IMG/VR virus record: IMGVR_UViG_3300006990_000020
Span: 9,715-73,714 of that record
From: a virus
Length of the DNA stretch: 64,000 nucleotides
Reading direction: 5' to 3' (one strand)
Below are positions 51,187-59,109 of the stretch, in pieces (the first letter of the stretch is position 1; the number at the start of each line of letters is the position of its first letter). Both the position numbers and the translations under genes were made by a program. The notes below the pieces were generated by a model. The model did no database searches, was not told where the DNA came from, and saw only the letters and a program-made list of their open reading frames with translations.

Positions 51187-52545
51187 TTAAAGAAGTTTTG
51201 CTGCAACGTTTGCCAATTCTGATCTGTATCCTTTTTCAAAGTTAACGTGACCAGTGACAATTTCATTCTTAAGTTTCTCTATGATAATTGTTAAACCATT
51301 TGAGTCTTTATCTATATATGGCAAATCAACTTGCTCTATATCTCCAAGCAAAACTATTTTAGAGTTTTTGCCTGTCCTCGTAATTACAGTTTTAAGTTCA
51401 TGAACTGTTGCATTTTGTGCTTCGTCTACAATGATGACTGCATCATTAAAGCTTCGACCTCTTATATACGAGAGAGGTGCAATATCAATAGTTCCTTTTT
51501 CCATCATGATGTCGAAGTAAGATAAGTCACCAAATTGATTTCTAAAATTATCAACAATAGGTGCTAACCAAGGTGACATTTTTTCGTTTAATGTTCCTGG
51601 GAGAAAACCTATATCTTTACCAACAGTCTGGATTGGTCTAGTAAAAATAATTCTGTTCTTTTGTTCTCTTTCTATTTTTTTAAGTGCAGACATGAGTGTC
51701 AAATAGGTTTTGCCACTTCCAGGCACACCAGTCAACGTAACCAGTGGAATATTGTCATCTTCTAAAAGATTTAATGCAAATATCTGCTCTTTGTTTTTCG
51801 CTTCAATTCCTAACTTGCTATAAAGTTCAGACTTAGACTTAATTAACTCTAAAGCGTTACCACGTTTGGCGCAAAGCGCTGATCCTGAATTGTTGTCAAT
51901 TGATTTTAACACTACAAATTCATTTTGCGATATTGTTAAAGGATCAATACCTACTGTCTTAACAAGTGTACTCATTGCCAAAGACTTATGACTATATAGA
52001 GAATTAATTACGCCGGCATCTACGTGAATTTCTTTGTATCCTTTGAAAATGCCATCATTGTCTTTCTTGTTCTTAATAAAAGAATAATCAGCATAGTAGT
52101 CATTAGCATCGAGACCAGCTGCATCAGCTTTAACTCTTAGGTTTATATCTTTAGTAACTATTATTACCTTTTGATTAGACAAACCGTTTTGATTTCGTTT
52201 TACATAGTTTGCATTAGACAAGATCATGTTGTCATTATTAGTTTTGTCTAGAGTATCAATACCTTCCCAACATTGGTCTGTTATGACTTTAATAAGAGTT
52301 TTGCTGTCTTTAATCTCTGATGGGTATATGCCTTCATTTAGGCTTCCTTCGCTTCTTATTTCATCAAGAAATCTATTGAAGTATCTTGAGTTTTCTCCTA
52401 AAATTCCTTCTCTGCTTTTAAACCTATCTAGTTCTTCTAAGACTGTCATAGGAATGTATATATCGTTATCTTTTAAATTAAAGATACAGTTCCTGTCATA
52501 AAGCAGCACGCTAGTATCAATAACAAATATTTTTCGATCAGACAT
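51187..52545 (-). CDS. phoH: PIN-PhoH protein (PhoH2/YlaK-like)
   Basis: PIN: FVIDTSVLL, VLEELD, NDNMIL, TKDINLR. PhoH: GVPGSGKT, IGFLPG, RGRSF, DEAQN, GD..Q.D. Confidence 0.92.
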   Translation of the reverse strand: MSDRKIFVIDTSVLLYDRNCIFNLKDNDIYIPMTVLEELDRFKSREGILGENSRYFNRFLDEIRSEGSLNEGIYPSEIKDSKTLIKVITDQCWEGIDTLDKTNNDNMILSNANYVKRNQNGLSNQKVIIVTKDINLRVKADAAGLDANDYYADYSFIKNKKDNDGIFKGYKEIHVDAGVINSLYSHKSLAMSTLVKTVGIDPLTISQNEFVVLKSIDNNSGSALCAKRGNALELIKSKSELYSKLGIEAKNKEQIFALNLLEDDNIPLVTLTGVPGSGKTYLTLMSALKKIEREQKNRIIFTRPIQTVGKDIGFLPGTLNEKMSPWLAPIVDNFRNQFGDLSYFDIMMEKGTIDIAPLSYIRGRSFNDAVIIVDEAQNATVHELKTVITRTGKNSKIVLLGDIEQVDLPYIDKDSNGLTIIIEKLKNEIVTGHVNFEKGYRSELANVAAKLL

Positions 52546-52580
52546 TTATAAAACCTTTCCAAAAGTTATAAACTATAATA

Positions 52581-52589
52581 GTAAATATT
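52581..52589 (-). promoter_or_regulatory. Putative late promoter motif AATATTTAC
   Basis: Variant of the motif upstream of PIN-PhoH and the downstream fibre operon. Confidence 0.35.
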
Positions 52590-52616
52590 TTAGTAATAAG
52601 AAAGGTTTATATTATT

Positions 52617-52895
52617 ATGAGTATTAAAGATACAACATGCTTTACAGCACACAAACAAAAAAACAAGTCGTGCCAGAATAAAAAATGTAGATTCTGGCAC
52701 GACTTGTCTGATTCAAATGACTGTATGATCAATAAAGTTAATCAAACAGAAGATATTACCCTACAAGAAGTAGGAAATTTTTTTGGCATTACAAGAATGA
52801 GAGTTTGTCAGATTGAAAAAGCTTCTTTAGATAAGCTAAGAAAAAAGTCTTACTTGTCTGATGATAAGGTAAACTTAACAAAGTCTCCGGAATAG
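52617..52895 (+). CDS. Stand-alone sigma-70 region 4 HTH protein with a Cys-rich N-terminus
   Basis: TLQEVGNFFGITRMRVCQIEKASLDKLR matches RpoD 4.2 (TLEEVG..F.VTRERIRQIE.KALRKLR); four Cys lie upstream. Confidence 0.85.
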   Translation: MSIKDTTCFTAHKQKNKSCQNKKCRFWHDLSDSNDCMINKVNQTEDITLQEVGNFFGITRMRVCQIEKASLDKLRKKSYLSDDKVNLTKSPE

Positions 52896-53086
52896 TTCTT
52901 TAAAAGTCGCAAGCTTTTCCTAAGTCTTGTTCCTGCAGCCTTGTTTCCACCGGAGTTTTTTAGCATATCTGTCTCCATAGACTCTAGCAAAACCTTAAGC
53001 CTAGAATAATGCTCTGTGACAGAAGCTGGATCAATCGTGGTATCGTTATCTAATGAGTCAATTTGGTCGTCAACATGATCTGACAT
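52850..53086 (-). CDS. Histone H1-like Hc1-family protein
   Basis: LKVLLESMETDMLK...GNKAAGTRLRKSL matches the GNKAA.xRxR signature of the Hc1 N-terminal family. Confidence 0.75.
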   Translation of the reverse strand: MSDHVDDQIDSLDNDTTIDPASVTEHYSRLKVLLESMETDMLKNSGGNKAAGTRLRKSLRLLKNYSGDFVKFTLSSDK

Positions 53087-53115
53087 TTTTTGTTCCTTTC
53101 AATATTTTAGTAGTG

Positions 53116-53340
53116 TTATAGTATCAAAGATTCTTTTTTTTGTAAATCAGAATTTTGGCCTGGTTTCACAATAGACGTTATTTCTCTCATCATATCAGCA
53201 TTTTCTAGCTCTAAAGCTAGAAACTCAATAATTTTAACAATCTCTTGCTCGTTAACACCAAAACTAATAATTTCTTGATGGATATCTCTACATTTTTGAA
53301 TTGACTTAAAGTCTGTTAATTCATTTGGATTTAAATTCAT
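53116..53340 (-). CDS. Hypothetical protein (74 aa)
   Basis: Coupled ORF with a GAGGT RBS; CRDIHQEIISFGV...LALELEN. Confidence 0.65.
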   Translation of the reverse strand: MNLNPNELTDFKSIQKCRDIHQEIISFGVNEQEIVKIIEFLALELENADMMREITSIVKPGQNSDLQKKESLIL

Positions 53341-53828
53341 TATAAGTACCTCTGGAGTATTTCTTTTTTAAGTTTAAAACTATTGTCTTCGTCTATATTC
53401 AAAGCTTTTAAAATAACGTTATTATCAGACTCTTTTCTTTCTAAAACAACACTGCCTGAAATGTTGTTTTCTAATATGTGCTCTATCATTTCCCAGTCTG
53501 ATACGTCTAGACTGGACTTTTCTAGAAGCGATACAATTTTTTCAAAGCCTTGAGCTTCTAAGTTAAATTTTATATCGTCTTTTGACGTAATTAAACTTTT
53601 TACGTCTTCTTGTCCCCATTTAACCTCACTTTTAAATACCTCATAGACTCTATGAATAATACCACAGTTATTACACGCCACATACTTTTCTTTAATATCA
53701 CCGTTTTCATCTACTTGAGAGAAAACAGGTATTTTATGATAAATAGGTTTGGACTTGTTTTTAAAAATAGATAAGACACATTGGCATTCTATTAGATGTT
53801 TAACATGATCAGACATTTTTTTCTTCAC
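53340..53828 (-). CDS. Putative Zn-binding hypothetical protein
   Basis: HLIECQC and VACNNCGIIH motifs. Confidence 0.65.
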   Translation of the reverse strand: MKKKMSDHVKHLIECQCVLSIFKNKSKPIYHKIPVFSQVDENGDIKEKYVACNNCGIIHRVYEVFKSEVKWGQEDVKSLITSKDDIKFNLEAQGFEKIVSLLEKSSLDVSDWEMIEHILENNISGSVVLERKESDNNVILKALNIDEDNSFKLKKEILQRYL

Positions 53829-55017
53829 TTTTTATTTTGACAACACAACCTATTTGGTTTATACTGTTAACTATAGAATCAGTCATTTGATTAATGTAAT
53901 CAAAAGATTTTTTTGGATAATGAACATTATCATGCTTGATTACTCCTCCTGTTGCTATTTGATTATAAAGTCTAACAGCAGACTTCATGTCTTGTATTAA
54001 TTTTATTTCTTTTTCTGGAATAGAAATTTTTGTAATGTTTGGAGAAAGCCTGTTTTTTCTCTTTATTAAATATTGCTGCAAGCTGGGGTCGTAGCTTTTA
54101 GATATTTTTTCTGTTATTTTATTAACTGCACTTACTGGTTTATCATAAAACTCAATAAAGTCTTTGCTTAGTTTTAATTTGACAATATTCGACTTTTTTA
54201 ACAAGTCTTTATAGAAAACATCTCCAGCTTCTGCGGAAACTTTTTCTACGTTAAGCGCTGAGCATATGTCATCAAGAAGAAAAGGATCATCATTATCAAA
54301 TTTGACGATATAAGGATAAACATATATGCTGTTTTTAAGAATTATTTCTTTTAAATTCCTTTTAAAGTTTTCTGACATTCCTCTACAAAAAACAACAATT
54401 GGTAAATTTTCTTTTTTAGCATGCTCTAAAAGAGTCATGATTTCAGACTCTCTTTCAAGATAAGCATCCATAGCTATAGAAATAAAAGCTTTTGATGTTT
54501 CATCGATGTTACGAAAATACACGTCTGTAAAGCTTTCATCGAGACTTGTGTAAATCCTAGGGCTGCAAGTCTTAGTTACAGCGACGATATCATTCTTGCT
54601 TGGTTTACAGTATATAGAACCATTTGGTCCGGCAAAAGAAAGACAGTTTAAAATAATATCTTTATTTTTGTCATCAAAAATAAAATCATCAATAATGTTA
54701 GTCAAAGATTCTTTGTTAACAACTTCTTTGTTAAATTCTGGAACATATTTTCTATTTGAAATAATTTTTTTACAAAACATGTCTGCTGCTATTAAAGAAC
54801 CACCTGGCATACATCTTTCAGACGTCTTTAGAAAATTAAGAATAATATTCCTGTAAGGACTGTTATTAATTTCTTCTGATACGAGTATGTTGTTAAAAAA
54901 TAAAAATCTGCTTTGATAGATATTTTTATTATAGTAGTGTCTTAGTTTTTTACGCTTACACATTGATATTAAACTAGAGAGTTCGTTATGTATTTTTATT
55001 AAGTCTTTATTAATCAT
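53809..55017 (-). CDS. Degenerate chaperonin (GroEL/Cpn60-like)
   Basis: Apical-domain match EIMTLLEHAKKENLPIVVFCRG...LLDDICSAL....VSAEAG, and YLIKRKNRLSPNITKISI vs GroEL LQERVAKLAGGVAVIKV; no GDGTTT motif. Confidence 0.65.
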   Translation of the reverse strand: MINKDLIKIHNELSSLISMCKRKKLRHYYNKNIYQSRFLFFNNILVSEEINNSPYRNIILNFLKTSERCMPGGSLIAADMFCKKIISNRKYVPEFNKEVVNKESLTNIIDDFIFDDKNKDIILNCLSFAGPNGSIYCKPSKNDIVAVTKTCSPRIYTSLDESFTDVYFRNIDETSKAFISIAMDAYLERESEIMTLLEHAKKENLPIVVFCRGMSENFKRNLKEIILKNSIYVYPYIVKFDNDDPFLLDDICSALNVEKVSAEAGDVFYKDLLKKSNIVKLKLSKDFIEFYDKPVSAVNKITEKISKSYDPSLQQYLIKRKNRLSPNITKISIPEKEIKLIQDMKSAVRLYNQIATGGVIKHDNVHYPKKSFDYINQMTDSIVNSINQIGCVVKIKSEEKNV

Positions 55018-55052
55018 ATATAAATTATATTATACATTTTCCTCTCGTATAA
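55018..55052 (-). promoter_or_regulatory. sigma70-type promoter, probably leaderless
   Basis: TTATAC-17 bp-TATAAT-ttatat-ATG(55017). Confidence 0.5.
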
Positions 55053-55512
55053 AATTATCGTAATACGTAAACACTTCTTTTAAGTAGTCAGGTGTTTTAT
55101 TGAGAATGTTTTTTAAACTTAAAAATCTAAAACCTTTATGCTCTATAATTTTCGTCTTAGGATTAGGCTTTATAAAAATAGACTTATTTAAGAGGACTTC
55201 TACTTTTAAATTACCAAGAAAAGTCACCATTGATTGTCCAAAATGAGCATAATGATCGCTTATTTTAGTAAAGTCTGTGTACTCAAGACCAGATTCTTCG
55301 TAAGTCTCTCTGATTGCGCAGTTTAAAAATGTCTCACCTTCGTCTATTGTTCCTTTAGGAATATCATAAAGATTTTCATAGTCAATTAAACATAAAAATA
55401 ATATGTCACTTTCTAATTCATTAACAGAACTATTTCTATTGTCATAATAACATACAATACCAGACCCAGTAACGTTTTTTTCAAAACTCATAATATCTTC
55501 TTTCTCAATCAA
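55030..55512 (-). CDS. Nudix hydrolase
   Basis: Complete Nudix box GTIDEGETFLNCAIRETYEESGL, preceded by IPK. Confidence 0.92.
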   Translation of the reverse strand: MIEKEDIMSFEKNVTGSGIVCYYDNRNSSVNELESDILFLCLIDYENLYDIPKGTIDEGETFLNCAIRETYEESGLEYTDFTKISDHYAHFGQSMVTFLGNLKVEVLLNKSIFIKPNPKTKIIEHKGFRFLSLKNILNKTPDYLKEVFTYYDNFIREENV

Positions 55513-57140
55513 CTGTTGACTTCTTTATAACTATCATAGAAGTCATCCGGGAGTAGATTTCTAATTCGCGACTTTAACCTATTCCAGTCATTGTCAAGTA
55601 TATAAGTCACAGCAACGTCATCTTCAGATCTTATACTGCGACCTACACTTTGTATGATGGTTCTTACTGTTTGGGTGTTATACCACCAATCCCACTTGTT
55701 CATTTTCTTTTTTACGACTTTGTCACCTAAGTACGGGAAAGGAATTTTACATATGACCTGAAATCTTGAAAGGTCTCCTTTTAGGTCGACACCTTCAGAC
55801 ATTGAAGGCGACACAAGTATTGTTGGCTTATTAGAATTAATATGTTTTTTGAGCATTTCATCTCTATTATCTCCATAAGCAACAATGAACCTTTTTCTGT
55901 ATTTACTAGGAACGCTGTTGACAATTGCTTTAGCTATTTTAACGCTATGAGTATGTATAATGCCTTTATCATCTTTGTGATGGTCACATATCGATTCAAT
56001 CATCTTTGCCATAACAGGTAACGTTTGATCGATATTTTTAAAAGACATGCTTCCTGCAGGACAGAATATAATTGGTCTATTTTTTGCTGGGAAAGGTGAA
56101 GGTTCTTTTATTGAAACAATTTTATCATGTGGAAGTCCCATAGTTAAAGAAAAGCCTTCATGAGATATTATCGTTGCAGACATGAATATTACATAATCTG
56201 CATATTGCAATATATTTTCTTTAGCATATTTCGAAACGTCAATTGGTTTAAAGATGAATTTTTTATACTTTTTGTCTGTTTGTTCAATGTCAAAGACCCA
56301 GTTGTCGCTAGAGTAAAGAGATAAAAACTTCTTTATTTTTTCTTGATGTGAATTAAGCATATCATAGTGTTTTGTTATCTTTTGAAACTCACCTAGCTTT
56401 TGTGTCGATATTCCAAACTTTTCAAGTTGAACTTTTATAAAATTGCATTTACTTGTAACTGCAGCTAGATATTCATCTTTAATCCACTTAAATACTTGTC
56501 CTTGTGTGTTTAATGTCTGCGGAACTTTTTTCTTTAATATTTTCTCTGAAAAGAAGGTAGAAACACTAATCTCAATAAACCTTGTTAGTTCGTTTTCTAA
56601 GTTATGTGCCTCATCAATAACAAGAACTTTTTTATTAGGAACTTTTTGACTATAATTCTTTTCAGTTAAAAAATAACTAAAGTTTGTAATACCCAGGTCT
56701 TTTTCAATAAATGCTTTCTTTTTTATTTTATACTTACACTGGTATCCGCAACAATCAAACTTTTTAGGTAAACTTTTTGCCCTTAAAGCAGTTTGTACTT
56801 CTTTGCACGAAGTACTTTTATCAACAGAACAACTATAGTTACTCGAAGAATATAATGATACTAAGCCTGATTTAGAAGAAAAATCTTTTTCATATTGCTC
56901 CTGGAGAACTTTTTGTGTAGTTAAAAAGTAAGAACCATTGTCATATTGACCTGGGTATTCTGAGGAGTTGTTAATTGCTCGGGCGATTGTCAAACCTATA
57001 GCAGACTTTCCTACGCCCGTACCACAGTCAACAATAGCATATCTTTTACCGTTTTTAAACTCTTCAAGCACTTTATTGATAACGTTTGATTGAGCTTCTC
57101 TAGGAGATTCAAATGGGAAATAATTATTCCATGTATTCAT
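55509..57140 (-). CDS. DinG/XPD-family SF2 helicase
   Basis: Q-motif FPFESPREAQ, GTGVGKS, Cys cluster, DEAH, SAT, EGVDL, QSVGRSIRSEDD. Confidence 0.92.
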   Translation of the reverse strand: MNTWNNYFPFESPREAQSNVINKVLEEFKNGKRYAIVDCGTGVGKSAIGLTIARAINNSSEYPGQYDNGSYFLTTQKVLQEQYEKDFSSKSGLVSLYSSSNYSCSVDKSTSCKEVQTALRAKSLPKKFDCCGYQCKYKIKKKAFIEKDLGITNFSYFLTEKNYSQKVPNKKVLVIDEAHNLENELTRFIEISVSTFFSEKILKKKVPQTLNTQGQVFKWIKDEYLAAVTSKCNFIKVQLEKFGISTQKLGEFQKITKHYDMLNSHQEKIKKFLSLYSSDNWVFDIEQTDKKYKKFIFKPIDVSKYAKENILQYADYVIFMSATIISHEGFSLTMGLPHDKIVSIKEPSPFPAKNRPIIFCPAGSMSFKNIDQTLPVMAKMIESICDHHKDDKGIIHTHSVKIAKAIVNSVPSKYRKRFIVAYGDNRDEMLKKHINSNKPTILVSPSMSEGVDLKGDLSRFQVICKIPFPYLGDKVVKKKMNKWDWWYNTQTVRTIIQSVGRSIRSEDDVAVTYILDNDWNRLKSRIRNLLPDDFYDSYKEVNS

Positions 57141-57175
57141 ATAATTAGTATCGTTCTATTTTAAGGTTGTAACAA
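57141..57175 (-). promoter_or_regulatory. sigma70-type promoter, probably leaderless, overlapping a plus-strand ATAATTAG motif
   Basis: TTGTTA-17 bp-GATACT-aattat-ATG(57140); no SD upstream of the helicase. Confidence 0.55.
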
Positions 57176-57426
57176 TGATAAATGAAGAAATGTCAAAAAA
57201 AGAATTTAGCAAAGTAAAAAGAGAAATAAAAAAAGAGATTGAAAAGCAAAGAAAAAAAGACTTTGACAAAGACGTTAAAAAAATATTAGATAAAGAACTA
57301 AAGTCTTTTCAAAAAGAGAACGAAAAAGAAATTGAAGATATTGCTATCAATGTAATCCAAAAACTGGTTAATATGTTATATAGAGAAAAGAACTCTTGGC
57401 AAAGCAAAGTTAAAAAACACAAGTAA
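57175..57426 (+). CDS. Small charged helical hypothetical protein
   Basis: AAGG RBS; begins MINEE; K/E-rich. Confidence 0.6.
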   Translation: MINEEMSKKEFSKVKREIKKEIEKQRKKDFDKDVKKILDKELKSFQKENEKEIEDIAINVIQKLVNMLYREKNSWQSKVKKHK

Positions 57427-57432
57427 TATTCT

Positions 57433-57942
57433 TTAAAGATTCTGGACGTAGAGATTTAACTCAGCTTCAGTCTTAAAAGTGGTTGTAATTGTCTTGTTGT
57501 TTTCTAGTTCAATATAAAGGACATGACTGCCTGTGTAAGGATCAATTGTATTATCAATAGAAACTATTCCTTCATTTCCTCTAATTAGTACATCATCTTT
57601 TTGAATATTACCATATCCTCTCTTGAAAACAGATTGCCTATTTCTAGGGCCTACAGTTTCATTTATAATTTTTTTTTTATGAGACTTTATGATATTTTTT
57701 GCAACCTCATTGACATGATTTTCTCTAAAGTATCTGACGTCAGTTTTTTCCAAAAAGCTTAGAAGGATATTTTCAATTAAAGAAATTTCGCTTTTAACAA
57801 ACTTTATACTGTTTTCTTTTAACATTTTATTTAAGAAGACTTTTTCAATTGAGTCTAATTTTATTTGACATCTATCATAGTATAAATGATTGACATATGA
57901 ATTATTATTTATTTTCAATTTATTTTTTGCCCTTCTTGTCAT
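57433..57942 (-). CDS. Hypothetical protein
   Basis: Start moved to ATG 57942 (MTRRAK); several (I/L)xE motifs. Confidence 0.55.
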   Translation of the reverse strand: MTRRAKNKLKINNNSYVNHLYYDRCQIKLDSIEKVFLNKMLKENSIKFVKSEISLIENILLSFLEKTDVRYFRENHVNEVAKNIIKSHKKKIINETVGPRNRQSVFKRGYGNIQKDDVLIRGNEGIVSIDNTIDPYTGSHVLYIELENNKTITTTFKTEAELNLYVQNL

Positions 57943-58180
57943 CTCTATCAAGGATTTCAACAGCAGCACCGATATATTTGTCTAGGGCGGTTTGTCCTAG
58001 TATATATCCTATTTGAACAACACCCGAAGTCAGAATTACAGTTATTAAAAATGTCAATTCTTCAGGATCGAGCTTGCTTTGCAAGTGCATAAGCATATAA
58101 AAAATTACTGCCTTCCATCCAAGATCAGCAATTACATACGCAATAAATTTTTTACTTTTAATTGGCAACTTATCAGTCAT
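57920..58180 (-). CDS. Holin-like small 2-TM protein
   Basis: IKSKKFIAYV N-terminus, two hydrophobic helices, YILGQTALD and a basic C-terminal tail. Confidence 0.5.
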   Translation of the reverse strand: MTDKLPIKSKKFIAYVIADLGWKAVIFYMLMHLQSKLDPEELTFLITVILTSGVVQIGYILGQTALDKYIGAAVEILDRDDKKGKK

Positions 58181-58208
58181 AGAACTTCTCTCTTTGTTTA
58201 ACTAACAT

Positions 58209-58218
58209 AATAATTATT
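58209..58218. promoter_or_regulatory. Palindromic AATAATTATT, presenting the late-type core on both strands
   Basis: Perfect 10-bp palindrome midway between the divergent 58180(-) and 58246(+) starts. Confidence 0.45.
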
Positions 58219-58245
58219 TAATAGACAAACATTAATTAAAGAAAA

Positions 58246-59109
58246 GTGGTAAAAATGAGTGAGATGCCAGAAAACACGATTGAGTCTAATATTGCAGTTG
58301 TATTGACAGACATTATAAGCTCAACTAAATTTGTACAAAAGAATGGAGCCATTACAGCTGCTAAGTGGTTTGGTGTACATGATAAAGCTGTTATGAACTT
58401 TATTGCTAGACACAATGGCAGACTAGTAGATGCTAGTGACGGTCATCTTATGTATTTTGCTTCTGTTAGTGATGCTATAGCTTTTTCTTTTGACTATAAA
58501 AAATTTCTTAGAATTAAAAAATTTCCTTTTAAATCTAGAGTTGGAATTCATTGGGATAAAATGCTAATCATAAAGTCCCCTGAACATGTTGTAAGGGCCG
58601 GAGGTAAAAGAATAAACTTAGAAGGTATAGGAAAAAACATAGCAGCAAGAACTATGTCAATATGTGAAGAAAATCAGATACTGTTAAGTCACTCTGCTTA
58701 TATACAATATAAATCCAGAACAACGAGTAACAGGTTTATCCCAAAGGACGCTAAAATAGCTTTTGTAGGTCTGTACTCATTTAAAGGTGTAACAAAACCT
58801 GCGAGGGTTTATGCTGCAGGTGTAATGGAGTCGGACATACAGCCTCCTTCATCTAGTGAAAAAGCAAAAAGATTAGGTGGCAAAAAAAAAGTTAAAGTTA
58901 GACTTAGAAATAAAAAACTTAAAGAAATATTATGGTGGCTAATATACAAAATTTTTTGGATTAATCTAACGTATATAATCTTACTGTCTTGGAATTTTTT
59001 GTCAAATAGAGATGCTAAAATCTTGTGGGATGTAGACATGTATATATTAAGAGTATTTGAAGTGCTAGATTATATTTATAGATTCATAGAGAAGGTTGTG
59101 TTGAAATGA
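58246..59109 (+). CDS. Class III nucleotide (adenylate/guanylate) cyclase-family protein with a C-terminal membrane segment
   Basis: VLTDIISST, DASDG, RVGIH, GIGKNIAAR, QILLS, FKG; hydrophobic ILWWLIYKIFWINLTYIILLSW. Confidence 0.85.
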   Translation: MVKMSEMPENTIESNIAVVLTDIISSTKFVQKNGAITAAKWFGVHDKAVMNFIARHNGRLVDASDGHLMYFASVSDAIAFSFDYKKFLRIKKFPFKSRVGIHWDKMLIIKSPEHVVRAGGKRINLEGIGKNIAARTMSICEENQILLSHSAYIQYKSRTTSNRFIPKDAKIAFVGLYSFKGVTKPARVYAAGVMESDIQPPSSSEKAKRLGGKKKVKVRLRNKKLKEILWWLIYKIFWINLTYIILLSWNFLSNRDAKILWDVDMYILRVFEVLDYIYRFIEKVVLK

